Origin: Lentisphaeria bacterium
Lineage (GTDB): Bacteria; Verrucomicrobiota; Lentisphaeria; JABSQK01; CAJWLW01
Reading direction: 5' to 3'
Assembly (NCBI GenBank): GCA_963580095.1
Contig: CAUZJQ010000003.1
Coordinates: 1 to 49,699 of the forward strand
Length of the DNA stretch: 49,699 nt
Shown here piece after piece: positions 9,845 through 19,518 of the stretch (its first letter is position 1; every line of letters starts with the position of its first letter). The notes beneath the pieces are model-generated. The model was given only the letters and a program-made list of their open reading frames with translations. It ran no database searches and was not told the DNA's origin. The position numbers were made by a program, and so were the translations under genes.

Positions 9845-10288
9845 CTACCGGTTTTCGTCCGGAGCCTCGGTAAGGACGTTGTGCATGTCGAGCGCAACCC
9901 TGACAGCGTCGCGGGCGTACTCGTCCTTGCGCGCGAGCATTTGTTCCTTGCTGGCGCCGGGACCGATGATGCCCATGCCGATGGGTTTTCGATGCACGAG
10001 CTGCAGGTTCACCAGGGCGTGATGCACGACGTGCCCCATGACTTCGCCATGCTGGGTCTCGCCGCGAAAAATGCAGGAAAGTACGACGACTGCGTCGATC
10101 TCGTTTTTCTCCAGCAGTACATCAGCAGCCAACGGCATTTCGTAGGATCCGGGCACGCGTATGCATTCTGTGATCTCCGCACCGGTCGCCGCGGCTTCGG
10201 CGGTGGCGACATCGATCATCGTGTCGATGATTTCGCTGTGCCACTTGGCCGCGACGATGCCGATACGTATATTTGAACTGGTGCTCAT
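9845..10288 (-). CDS. ribH: 6,7-dimethyl-8-ribityllumazine synthase
   Basis: Motifs RIGIVAAKWHSEI, VPGSYEMPL, IDAVVVL..IFRGETQH and KPIGMGIIGPG. An AAGGA RBS precedes ATG 10288. Confidence 0.9.
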   Translation of the reverse strand: MSTSSNIRIGIVAAKWHSEIIDTMIDVATAEAAATGAEITECIRVPGSYEMPLAADVLLEKNEIDAVVVLSCIFRGETQHGEVMGHVVHHALVNLQLVHRKPIGMGIIGPGASKEQMLARKDEYARDAVRVALDMHNVLTEAPDENR

Positions 10289-10418
10289 CTTATCGTATTC
10301 CTTTTTTCCTTCATCTATCCTCCTCATCGCGTCTTTTCATCGTCCTTCCGCCCTGATTCTCCCGTCTTAATGCTCCCGCGTTGATTAATACTTGCCGTCC
10401 TGATCAATCCAGGAACAG

Positions 10419-11378
10419 TCACAGCACCTGTGGGTTGATACAAAATTCCGGTTTTTTGCCACGCAGCACCGCGTCCATCCCTTCGGCCATGGTGCAACAG
10501 ATGCGGTTCCACGCCAGTTTGCTGATGCCGATATAGTGCGGGGCGCAGAGGCAACGTTCGTGACGGAACAGCGGGTGTTTGTGGTCCGGCGGTTCGTCGG
10601 GAAAAACATCGAGTCCGACACCGCCGAGCTGGCCGGAGGACAGGGCCGCAGCGATGATGTCAAGACTTTCGATAACGCCCCCGCGGCTCGTGTTGATCAG
10701 GATCACGCCGCGCTTCATTTGGGCCAGGCGGTCGGACGTTATCAATCCTTTCGTCTCCGCGAGCAGCGGTACGTGCAGTGAGACATAGTCGGACTGCGCC
10801 AGTAACGTCTCCAGCTCGACCTTCTCGACGCCCAGGTCCGCCATGGCGTCGGTCGACACCTGGGTGTCAAAGGCCACGGTCCGGAGATCGAACGGTTGCA
10901 CGAGCTTGGCAAGGTGCTGGCCGATGCGGCCGAATCCGACGATGCCCAAAGTGTGTCCGGTGAGATCGCCGCACGGCGTATTGTAGCGTTGGCTCCACTG
11001 GCCGGTCTTGACCCATTCGTCGGCCTGTGGCAAGTTCTTGATGAGGGCCAACAGCATGGCCACAGCACCTTCGGCGACCGCAAATCCGCCGACCGGTGCT
11101 AGTACCACCGGTATGCCGCGCCGCGTTGCAGCCTCGACGTCGACGGCATCATAGCCGGCGCCGGGTCGCCCGATAACCCGCAGTTCCGTGGCTGCGTCGA
11201 TGACTTCGGCCGGCACCTTGCCCTCGCCGCGGCAGACGATGCCGACAGTGTGCTCGAGGGCATTCATCAGGGTTTCCACACTGGTATCCGGCAGTACCTC
11301 ACAGGTAAGCTGCTTGCTGAGAATGTCGACCGCGGCGTCATCGATCGACGCGGTGCACACAACGCGTTCCTTGCTCAT
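10419..11378 (-). CDS. D-isomer-specific 2-hydroxyacid dehydrogenase (SerA-like, no ACT domain)
   Basis: Motifs GAGYDAVD, LGIVGFGRIG, SLHVPL, INTSRG, GLDVFPDEPP and APH. Confidence 0.9.
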   Translation of the reverse strand: MSKERVVCTASIDDAAVDILSKQLTCEVLPDTSVETLMNALEHTVGIVCRGEGKVPAEVIDAATELRVIGRPGAGYDAVDVEAATRRGIPVVLAPVGGFAVAEGAVAMLLALIKNLPQADEWVKTGQWSQRYNTPCGDLTGHTLGIVGFGRIGQHLAKLVQPFDLRTVAFDTQVSTDAMADLGVEKVELETLLAQSDYVSLHVPLLAETKGLITSDRLAQMKRGVILINTSRGGVIESLDIIAAALSSGQLGGVGLDVFPDEPPDHKHPLFRHERCLCAPHYIGISKLAWNRICCTMAEGMDAVLRGKKPEFCINPQVL

Positions 11379-11739
11379 GCCAGTCCTCTACCAGTTGGAT
11401 TGCTGTACGCGGTACAATAATACAGAATTGGCAGAAGATAATAGGCGTTTGATAAGGGAATTTCAGAAATCTGGCTATCCTGTCTCGGGCAATTCGAGCT
11501 CCATTTGTTGCTTCACTTTTTTTTTAATGTCAATCATTGTAATCTTGATGAAAGTTTTGCGGTGGTTTTTGCCGTGCCGAAGCGTCCGTGCTATCTGATG
11601 CGGATACGACTACATCGGTGATTGGACCGTGTGCAACGTTGCTTTTGCCCATGTTGTTGTCATACTTCCTGCCGCATATGAACGACACACTGGAAATTAA
11701 AACGGACGCCATGTTGCTCCGATTGTCTGGAAAGGTGAT

Positions 11740-12471
11740 GTGATGGACTACTGGTTCTGGGGGATTGCGCTGGCAGTCGGAGCAGTGGTAGGCTTTTCGA
11801 AGACCGGCATGCCGGGGTTGGGGGTGATCTCAATGCCGCTGTTGATTCTCATTTTCGACGCCAAGGCGGCGGTCGGAGTCATCACGCCGATGCTTATCTG
11901 TGGCGACATCATGTCGCTGATTCGCTACCGGCAGCATGCGGACTGGTCGAAGTTGTGGAGGCTTTTTCCCGGTGTCCTCATTGGGATGGTCATAGGCGGT
12001 TTCGTTTTTTTGCACATCAACAGTTCTGTGCTACGGCCGCTTCTCGGGATATTGATCCTGTTGCTGGTCATCATGCAGGTGATTACGTCGAAGCTGAAGG
12101 TCGATGAGGTGCCGGATCACTCGGCCTTTGTCTGGGGTATGGGAGGTGCTGCGGGTTTTGCCACGACCGTCGGCAACATGGCAGGGCCGATCATGAGTAT
12201 CTATTTGCTGGCAGTAAGGTTTTCGAAGGAGAAGTTCATCGGTACGGGGGCATGGTATTACTTCATCATCAACTGCATGAAGGTGCCGCTGTACGTCTTT
12301 GCCGGGGAGATCACTTTCGAGACGTTGCGGTTCGATGCCTGTGTCTTGCCCGGGGTCATTGGCGGCGCCTTGCTGGGGTGGTGGCTTTTGCCGTATATCC
12401 CGCGGCGGATTTTCGATCACGCGGTGCTGGTGCTCGCGTCGGTCGGAGGGCTGTGGCTCATCCTGGGTTGA
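11740..12471 (+). CDS. TauE/SafE (TSUP) family anion exporter
   Basis: Polytopic hydrophobic protein with the internal repeat motifs GFSKTGMPGLG and GFATTVGNMAGP. Confidence 0.88.
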   Translation: MMDYWFWGIALAVGAVVGFSKTGMPGLGVISMPLLILIFDAKAAVGVITPMLICGDIMSLIRYRQHADWSKLWRLFPGVLIGMVIGGFVFLHINSSVLRPLLGILILLLVIMQVITSKLKVDEVPDHSAFVWGMGGAAGFATTVGNMAGPIMSIYLLAVRFSKEKFIGTGAWYYFIINCMKVPLYVFAGEITFETLRFDACVLPGVIGGALLGWWLLPYIPRRIFDHAVLVLASVGGLWLILG

Positions 12472-12546
12472 TTCTGCGGAGAAGATCCTTGAACCGTATC
12501 GATCGTGATCAGGAGCACAGGGGGTCGTCCGGCTTGGGGGCGGGCG

Positions 12547-13566
12547 TCAGCCGAGGGCAATCAGGCTCTCGACAGCCTGAATAATTTGGCGGATGTTCGG
12601 GCGATAGGCATTCTCGAGTGCCGGAGCGAACGGGACGGGGATATCGGGCGAAGCAACACGTTGTATCGGTGCGGTCAAATATTCCATCATCCGTTCGCCG
12701 AGGCTGGCGGCGACTTCGGCACTCCAACCGCCGGTTTTCGGTCCTTCCTCGACAATAATGACACGCGATGTTTTTGCCACTGACTGCTCGATCAACGGCC
12801 AATCGAGCGGGTCGAGCGTACGCGGATCGATCACCTCGGCTTCGATACCCTGGCTGGCCAGTTCTTTAGCTGCCGCGAGTGCTAAATGCATCATCAGCAA
12901 CGTGGCGACAATGGTGACGTCACCACCGGGCCGGCGAATGATTCCTTTGCCGATTGGCACGATGTAGTCTTCATCGGGAATTTCGCTGGAGGCATCGACA
13001 TCACCTGTTGTGGCGCTGATTCCTTTCGACCCGTACAAAAGCTTGTGTTCAAACATGAGAACCGGATTGTCATCGCGGATCGCGGCCTTCAGCAGGCCCT
13101 TGGCATCATAGGCGGTGGCGGGACAGATGACCTTGAGGCCGGGTACGCCAGTGAAATAACGTTCCATGTTCTGCGCATGTTGAGCCCCCCTGCCGGTGGC
13201 GCCGACCGGGGCTCGGATAAGTAACGGCACGGAAAGCGTGCCACCCGACATGTAGCGGAGTTTGGCGGCGTGATTGACAATCTGGTCCATCGCCAGAAAG
13301 AGAAAATCGCTGTACTGGATATCCAGGATAGGACGCAACCCTGCCAGCGCCGCACCGATGCCAAGACCGACAGTCCCGGCTTCGGCGATTGGGGTGTCGA
13401 TGAGTTGATCTCGAAATTCCTCTTCCAATCCGAGGGTGACGGTGAATACGCCACCCCAGCCACCGGGTATGGAGATGTCCTCGCCCATACAGAAAACGTT
13501 TTTGTCGCGGCGCATTTCCTCTATCAGCCCGTCGCGGAGTGCGGGTGCTATGGCGAGTTTTTTCAT
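12547..13566 (-). CDS. 2-oxoacid/acetoin dehydrogenase E1 beta subunit
   Basis: Motifs MGEDI...GGVF.VT.GL, DTPIAEAG, GAQHAQ, PGLKVICP, DDNPVLMFEHK and EVIDPRTL.PLD. Confidence 0.93.
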   Translation of the reverse strand: MKKLAIAPALRDGLIEEMRRDKNVFCMGEDISIPGGWGGVFTVTLGLEEEFRDQLIDTPIAEAGTVGLGIGAALAGLRPILDIQYSDFLFLAMDQIVNHAAKLRYMSGGTLSVPLLIRAPVGATGRGAQHAQNMERYFTGVPGLKVICPATAYDAKGLLKAAIRDDNPVLMFEHKLLYGSKGISATTGDVDASSEIPDEDYIVPIGKGIIRRPGGDVTIVATLLMMHLALAAAKELASQGIEAEVIDPRTLDPLDWPLIEQSVAKTSRVIIVEEGPKTGGWSAEVAASLGERMMEYLTAPIQRVASPDIPVPFAPALENAYRPNIRQIIQAVESLIALG

Positions 13567-14537
13567 GATTCCAGCGGCTCCGCGTAGACATATCGAAACG
13601 CTTCTTCCGGATCGGGATCCGGCGCTGCCAGGGCGGTCTCGATGACCGCTTCGATTTCGGCTTCCAGTTCGGTCTGCATTTCCGCCAGCAGCGATGCTTC
13701 CGCGTGACCGTCGCGCAAGAGAACTTTTTCAAAGCGTTTCACGGGCTCCTGCTCCAGCGCGTGGTCGCGTTCTTCCTCCGGCATGTAGTTGCACGGGTCC
13801 CGTCGGTTATGCCCGGTGATGCGGTAGGTCATTGCCTCGATGATGGTTGGCCCCTGGCCGGCGCGGGCTCGCTCGACGGCGGTTCGAGCCGTTTCATGCA
13901 CCTCGAGCACGTCGTTACCGTCGATTGTGACACCCGGAATCCCGTAAGCGGCTGCTATCCCGGACAACTGCTCCAGTTTGGTGTTGCGGGAGTAGTGTGT
14001 GGAAGCGGCGTACCGGTTGTTTTCGATGACGTACAAAATCGGCAAATCCCAGATCGCTCCCATGTTGACTGCTTCGTGGAAGATGCCTTCGGCGACGCCG
14101 CCATCACCACTGAACGACACGGCGACATGGTCTTCCCCGCGCCTCTTGAAGGCCAGCGCCACGCCCGTGGCGATGGGGATGCCGCCGCCTACAATGGCGA
14201 TGGACGGCACCATGCCCTTGGTAATATCACCGACATGCATTGAGCCGCCTCGTCCTTTGCAGCAGCCGGAAGTCTTGCCCAGCAATTCGGCGATGAACGA
14301 CGGCAGGGAGACGCCCTTGGCCAGGGCATGGGCATGGGGCCGGTGGGTGCTGGTAATAACGTCCGTCTGACGCAAGGCGCGACAGATGCCGACGGCCACT
14401 GCTTCCTGGCCGAGAGACTGATGCAGTGTGCCCGGAATAGTGCCTTCCAGAAAAAGTTGACTCAAGCGCTCTTCCACCTTCCGGATGAGCAGCATCTGGC
14501 GATAGAATTCGAGCATGTCGTCGGTCGAATATAGCAT
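13563..14537 (-). CDS. 2-oxoacid/acetoin dehydrogenase E1 alpha subunit (TPP-dependent)
   Basis: Motifs GQEAVAVG, STHRPH, GRGGSMH, the TPP-binding GDGG...ENN and TYRITGH. Its stop overlaps the beta start (ATGA). Confidence 0.93.
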   Translation of the reverse strand: MLYSTDDMLEFYRQMLLIRKVEERLSQLFLEGTIPGTLHQSLGQEAVAVGICRALRQTDVITSTHRPHAHALAKGVSLPSFIAELLGKTSGCCKGRGGSMHVGDITKGMVPSIAIVGGGIPIATGVALAFKRRGEDHVAVSFSGDGGVAEGIFHEAVNMGAIWDLPILYVIENNRYAASTHYSRNTKLEQLSGIAAAYGIPGVTIDGNDVLEVHETARTAVERARAGQGPTIIEAMTYRITGHNRRDPCNYMPEEERDHALEQEPVKRFEKVLLRDGHAEASLLAEMQTELEAEIEAVIETALAAPDPDPEEAFRYVYAEPLES

Positions 14538-14559
14538 GTGGGGAGTGCAGGGTTGAGGT

Positions 14560-15033
14560 TCAATGTTTTGAATTCGCGGCGTCAAGCACATCCTGACGGG
14601 TGATCATGCCATGGTTCCCCGTTCCTTTGAGCTGCGCCAGATCAACTGACATTTTTTTCGCGAGATTGCGGATCAGGGGCGATACGCGCGGCGCATCTTC
14701 TGCCGGTCGCCTGGCCGCCATCGGTTTTTCCTTGTCCGGCTCCGGCTGTTCGGCAGTGGTGTCGGTAGGCGTCACGGTGTCCGGCACCGATTCTCCGGCC
14801 GCCCCGACATAGGCGATTACCTCGCCGACCTCTATGACATCGCCGTCTTCTGCCAGCAGCTTCAGCACGGTTCCCTCGGCTACCGACTCGAGTTCCGTCA
14901 CTGCCTTGTCGGTTTCAATAGCTGCCAGCGGCTGGCCGCGCTTCACCGTATCGCCCGGTTTTACTTTCCACTCGATCAACGTGATCGTGTCGGCCGTGGC
15001 TGCCAGATCCGGCATCATGATTGGTTTTGCCAT
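14560..15033 (-). CDS. Stand-alone lipoyl-domain plus peripheral subunit-binding domain protein (E2-like, no acyltransferase domain)
   Basis: Lipoyl motif IETDKAVTELES, a T/E/P linker and the PSBD motif SPLIRNLAKKMSVDLAQLKGTGNHGMITRQDV, followed by a stop at 157 aa. Confidence 0.88.
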   Translation of the reverse strand: MAKPIMMPDLAATADTITLIEWKVKPGDTVKRGQPLAAIETDKAVTELESVAEGTVLKLLAEDGDVIEVGEVIAYVGAAGESVPDTVTPTDTTAEQPEPDKEKPMAARRPAEDAPRVSPLIRNLAKKMSVDLAQLKGTGNHGMITRQDVLDAANSKH

Positions 15034-15038
15034 AGTAG

Positions 15039-15563
15039 CTATTCCGGATATTCATAATCGGGAGTCCCATAAACTTCCGGCATATCGAGGAGCTCCAGAA
15101 GAATCCCGTATTCGTGGTCTGATTCGAAATAATCAAAGCGACCGTTGCGGTCGTTGCCTAAGATTGGTCCGCCCTGGATCTGGGCATAGCCAAGCCCTTC
15201 AAGGTATTTGTAGGATGCATCGTATTCGCTGGGGGGCAAGTAGGTTCCCAGGTGATGCAGGCCGCCTTCGGGTTGTTTGTCCAGATATTCGGAATAGATA
15301 GTCTTGCCGCTTCCCGGCAGTGGAACGATGATTTCCACATCCCAGGTACCCGAATCCGCCATGCATACCTCGAGGGCATAATCCTCTGCGGCAGCGCCCC
15401 GGTAATTGACACCTTCCCAGTTGCGGCTTTCCACGTTATAGACCTTGAACGGTCCGAAGCCAATCGCCACCAGGCGGTCCATCATTGTTTTCGCGTCGGG
15501 TGCCACAAAGCCGAGTTGGCACCAATCGGCTAACGACTTTATGTCGTCGCTTAATTTGATCAC
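15039..15563 (-). CDS. VOC/glyoxalase-family protein (methylmalonyl-CoA epimerase-like)
   Basis: Motifs QLGFVAPD, GFGPF, VEIIVP..GKTIYSEYL....GGLHHLG and GILLEL. Confidence 0.8.
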   Translation of the reverse strand: MIKLSDDIKSLADWCQLGFVAPDAKTMMDRLVAIGFGPFKVYNVESRNWEGVNYRGAAAEDYALEVCMADSGTWDVEIIVPLPGSGKTIYSEYLDKQPEGGLHHLGTYLPPSEYDASYKYLEGLGYAQIQGGPILGNDRNGRFDYFESDHEYGILLELLDMPEVYGTPDYEYPE

Positions 15564-15595
15564 TGCTTCTAACCTCTTTTTCGTTCAGATATCAT

Positions 15596-16831
15596 TCACG
15601 GCAGCAGGGAACCGACACAGGGGCATGAGATCAGGTTTGCCGACGGGAATTTACTCAATTGACGCACACCGTCCTTGGTTACGACAAATTGCTCCTCAAT
15701 TCGCGCCGCATCGTTTCCTTCGCCGCAATACGTTTCAAAGGCCATGACCATATTTTCTTCGATCACTTCGGGGTTGTCGAAGGAGAAAAACCGGCTGATC
15801 ACCGGTTTCCCCCAGTGCGTGATGCCGATCCCGTGAGCCACCTGCAGGGCAAAGGCCTCGGCCTCGCTGGACAGCCCCATCTCTTCATAGGACGGCCAAA
15901 CTTCGGCAATTTCCGCGGTACTCACACCGGGCTTCACCATTGCAACGGCATCAAACAGCCAGTCATAGGATTTCTGGTATACATCGAGCTGCAGGCTGGA
16001 GGGCTTACCGATCACAAATGTCTGGTAGTAGCATGTCTTGTAGCCGTTGAAGACACTGACCACGTCGATGAAAAGCATGTCGCCCATGCGCAGCATGCGA
16101 TCGGACCAGTCATGCGGATGCGGGTAGGCTCGGTTGCCGGATATGACGTTGATATTCTGTATTTCCTCGGAGCCCAGCCGATACATGGTCTCGCGCATGG
16201 ACCCGGCGATGTCGCTTTCGCGAACGCCCGGTGCCGCCGTGTTGACGACTTCCCAAAACGCCGCCTCGACGATGGAAATGGACGTCTCGATCAACTCCAC
16301 CTCCTCCGCGGTCTTGATCTTCGAGGCATTGAGCAGGCATTGCTGGCCGTCAACGACTTTTATCCCCTCGTTTTCCAGCGCCTGGATGATTGGAATCTCA
16401 GACAGGTCGATGCCCACCGGCTCATTCTGTACGCCGTACTGAGTGAGGTGGTCCTTGACCATGCTGGCAAACTTCTTGGCATTCGCCTCGCCTACCGCCC
16501 GTGGGAAGGCGCCCCGCCAGGTACCGATCGAGGGGAACATGCGGTCGGCGATCCACGGGCAGAGCTTTTTCTTGGCGGCGATAGCGCTGCCGAGCTCGTA
16601 GAGAATGGGTTCCTCGCCGGCCACCATCAGGGCGCTGCGCAGCAGTTTGTTGTTGGCCCAGTCGTTGACCTTTGTGCTGGTGATGTAGCGAATCCAATCC
16701 TGATCGAAGACCAGGAGCGTTGCAATCCCTTCCTTGACCATCTGTTCGTTGGTCTTGCGAACCCGATCTTTGCGAAGCTTGTCGTAGTCAATGCGGATTT
16801 CGCAATCTTTGGCCATTAATCCCAGAGTCAT
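15596..16831 (-). CDS. M24-family (Xaa-Pro peptidase/creatinase-like) hydrolase
   Basis: Creatinase-like N-domain followed by IKTAEEV, PGVRESDI, FIDVV...GYKTCYYQTF, AHGIG, AFETY and ARIEE. Confidence 0.88.
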   Translation of the reverse strand: MTLGLMAKDCEIRIDYDKLRKDRVRKTNEQMVKEGIATLLVFDQDWIRYITSTKVNDWANNKLLRSALMVAGEEPILYELGSAIAAKKKLCPWIADRMFPSIGTWRGAFPRAVGEANAKKFASMVKDHLTQYGVQNEPVGIDLSEIPIIQALENEGIKVVDGQQCLLNASKIKTAEEVELIETSISIVEAAFWEVVNTAAPGVRESDIAGSMRETMYRLGSEEIQNINVISGNRAYPHPHDWSDRMLRMGDMLFIDVVSVFNGYKTCYYQTFVIGKPSSLQLDVYQKSYDWLFDAVAMVKPGVSTAEIAEVWPSYEEMGLSSEAEAFALQVAHGIGITHWGKPVISRFFSFDNPEVIEENMVMAFETYCGEGNDAARIEEQFVVTKDGVRQLSKFPSANLISCPCVGSLLP

Positions 16832-16864
16832 GATAGAAGTCTCCTTGCTTTTGAACTGCGATGC

Positions 16865-17665
16865 TTACGCAAAATACAATCCGCCGTTGAGATTGAGTAG
16901 GCCACCGGTCATATACGAGCCGGCATCGGACGACAGCCACATGATTGTGCCTGCCATGTCCCGTCCTTCCGCGTACCGGCCGAGGGGAATCGTTGCCAGT
17001 TCCTCGTCTTTCAGTTCATCGAACGTCATGCCCCGTTCTTTCGCCTCGTTACGCATAAAGCTCCAGTGCATTTCGGTGGCCGCCAGGCCGGGGCACAGGG
17101 CGTTGACGGTCACGTTGTACGGGGCCATCTCGCGGGCCAGGGAGATCGTCAGCGTATGAACTGCGCCCTTCGAGGAACAGTAGGCCGCATACCCCGGGAA
17201 ACCGAGTTTTCCTCCGTAGGAACCCAGATTGACGATGGCGCCGTGCTTTTGTTCCCGCATTTGCTGCGAGGCGTATTTGCAGCCGAAAAAAATCCCCTTG
17301 AAATTGACCGAGAAAATCCGATCGATGATCTCGACATCCATATCGGCCACAAGTCCTTCTTTCAGATGCATGGCGGCGTTGTTCACCATGATGTCGAGCC
17401 GGCCGAACTTCTCGACCGCGCCGGCAATCAAGTCGCGGACAGCGGCTTCATCACTTACATCGACTTCCTTGGAATAGCCATCGTTTTCCGGATTGGCTTC
17501 TTTTATGGCGTCGAACATTTCGTGAACATTGGGTGAAATGTCGGCAACCACAACGTGCACGCCGTGTTCAGCCAATGTTTCCGCTGTCCCTTGCCCGAGT
17601 CCCCTGGCGGCTCCGGTAATCACTGCGACTTTGCCTGCGACATCGCTGAAAAGTTGCTTGGCCAT
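16865..17665 (-). CDS. SDR-family oxidoreductase
   Basis: Motifs TGAARGLG, MVNNA, YCSSK and NALCPG. First gene of the minus-strand operon ending at 12547. Confidence 0.92.
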   Translation of the reverse strand: MAKQLFSDVAGKVAVITGAARGLGQGTAETLAEHGVHVVVADISPNVHEMFDAIKEANPENDGYSKEVDVSDEAAVRDLIAGAVEKFGRLDIMVNNAAMHLKEGLVADMDVEIIDRIFSVNFKGIFFGCKYASQQMREQKHGAIVNLGSYGGKLGFPGYAAYCSSKGAVHTLTISLAREMAPYNVTVNALCPGLAATEMHWSFMRNEAKERGMTFDELKDEELATIPLGRYAEGRDMAGTIMWLSSDAGSYMTGGLLNLNGGLYFA

Positions 17666-17892
17666 GTGACCCGTCCTGTTGGCTACTGGATGAATGGTCC
17701 CTGACGAAAACCTCGCCGAACGAGGATTTTTATTCAGGCGCTGAACAGATATGTATGAATTTCGGTTTGGCAGTATAGTTACGGTATTCGCAGGTCATGG
17801 AAGGTCAAGCGAAACTGCAGTAAGATGTACTGGACGGATCGATGAAACCCACGGATGGGGCAGGGACAAGATGGGGCCCCGCCTCCAACTGA

Positions 17893-19500
17893 ATGGAACT
17901 TTATACGATGGCGAGATCGCATGCACTTGCAGACGGGGACAGCCCTGCGGCTGCCTGGCAATTGAATGAAAGCGGTATTGCGGTATGGCCGGTCGGAGCT
18001 TTTGAGCAACACGGTCCGCACTTGCCGGTGAATACGGATGGTCTACTGGCGCAATATTTTGGCGAATTCGTCGCTGCCGGGCTGGGTGCTTGCCTGCTGC
18101 CGCTGCAGGCCGTCGGCACCAGCTTGGAACACACCGGGTTTCGCGGATCTTTCAGCCTGACCCCGGAGTTGCTGATGCAGTTCGTCCGCAATTGGGCGGA
18201 TGAGTTGGAAGCCCAGAATTTTCACACCTGCATCGTCGTCAACTTTCACGGCGGCAACTTTTCATTGGCTCCGGCGATCCGCGATATCAATCGCAAAGAC
18301 CGGCGCATCAAGTTTCTCCTGGTCAATTCCTGGGAGTTGATTTCTCCTGCCACCGAAGAGGTCCACGGCGGCGAGTTCGAAACCAGCCTGATGCTCCACC
18401 TCTTTCCGTCGCTGGTGAAGAAAAACGCTGTCGACGAGGATCCGTGCAAGGCGGAACCGCCGTTCGATAAAAGCGACCTGAACACGTTCGGGTTCGGCCG
18501 GATGAGTTGCTCGGGAGTGTGGGGATACCCGACGAAAGCCAGTGCCGCAAAGGGCAGAAAGTGGCTGGCGGGGATGAAGGCGAGCATGCTGCTGCATATC
18601 AACAAGCAACTCGACCGCCTGTCACAGGATCGGCGCTATGGCGGCCCGGGACCTGTTGCTTTGCGGCCGATGACCGAAGCGGACATTCCCCTTGGCATGC
18701 GCCTGAAGGGCCTGGCTCACTGGAACCAGCTCGAGGATGACTGGCGGATGCTGCTGGCTGCATCCGGTGGCGGAAACTTCGTCGCGCTCCACAATGGCCT
18801 TGCGGCCGGCACGGTTACGACGGTGACCTATCAGGATCACTTTTCATGGATCGGCATGGTGCTTGTCGATCCGCCCAGCCGCCGGTGCGGTGTGGGTAAG
18901 GCGCTGTTGACGGCTGCGGTCGATTACGCCGAGGCGTTCGGGCCGGTTCGGCTCGACGCAACGCCGGCCGGCGAAAAGCTCTACGATGCACTGGGGTTTC
19001 GGGAGGAGTCTCGACTGGCCCGCTACGAGTGCCGGAGTTTCGCGGAAGTCCCGCCGTCTGTGGCGGTGAGAATCAAGCCGATCACTGCGAGATTGATCAA
19101 TGCCGTAGCGACCTATGACGCGCAAATATTCGGGGCCGAGCGGAAGTCCGTTCTGAAATCCCTGCAGTCGATGGCACCGGAGCTTGGATACGTGGCGATG
19201 GACGGCAAGGCGATCATCGGGTTCTGCCTGGGCAGGGGAGGGGATGAGTTTACGCAAATCGGTCCGGTGGTAGCCGATTCGCCGGCCACTGCCGCGGCGC
19301 TGCTCTATCGAGCGCTCGCACAATGCCGGGGGCAGGATGTGATTGTCGATAGCCTCGACCGGCAGGCGGCGTTCAATGCGGTTTTAGCGGAACTCGGCTT
19401 TCAGGTGCAGCGCCCGTTCATTCGCATGTGTAAGGGCAAGCTGAAGTGCCCGGGTGTGCCGAAGATGCAGTTCGCGATCGCGGGTCCCGAGGTGGGGTAG
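17893..19500 (+). CDS. Creatininase/MftE-family amidohydrolase fused to a GNAT (YitH-like) acetyltransferase
   Basis: The N-half has EQHGPHLPVNTD, NFHGGN and HGGEFETS. The C-half has WNQLEDDW, WIGMVLVDPPSRRCGVGKALL, LDATPAGEKLYDALGF and QIGPVVA. Confidence 0.85.
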   Translation: MELYTMARSHALADGDSPAAAWQLNESGIAVWPVGAFEQHGPHLPVNTDGLLAQYFGEFVAAGLGACLLPLQAVGTSLEHTGFRGSFSLTPELLMQFVRNWADELEAQNFHTCIVVNFHGGNFSLAPAIRDINRKDRRIKFLLVNSWELISPATEEVHGGEFETSLMLHLFPSLVKKNAVDEDPCKAEPPFDKSDLNTFGFGRMSCSGVWGYPTKASAAKGRKWLAGMKASMLLHINKQLDRLSQDRRYGGPGPVALRPMTEADIPLGMRLKGLAHWNQLEDDWRMLLAASGGGNFVALHNGLAAGTVTTVTYQDHFSWIGMVLVDPPSRRCGVGKALLTAAVDYAEAFGPVRLDATPAGEKLYDALGFREESRLARYECRSFAEVPPSVAVRIKPITARLINAVATYDAQIFGAERKSVLKSLQSMAPELGYVAMDGKAIIGFCLGRGGDEFTQIGPVVADSPATAAALLYRALAQCRGQDVIVDSLDRQAAFNAVLAELGFQVQRPFIRMCKGKLKCPGVPKMQFAIAGPEVG

Positions 19501-19518
19501 AATATATTTGCAGGCTGC

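Noticed and set aside
12547-14537. pdhA/pdhB or acoA/acoB gene symbols
   Set aside because: The substrate cannot be determined from sequence and the operon context is non-canonical.
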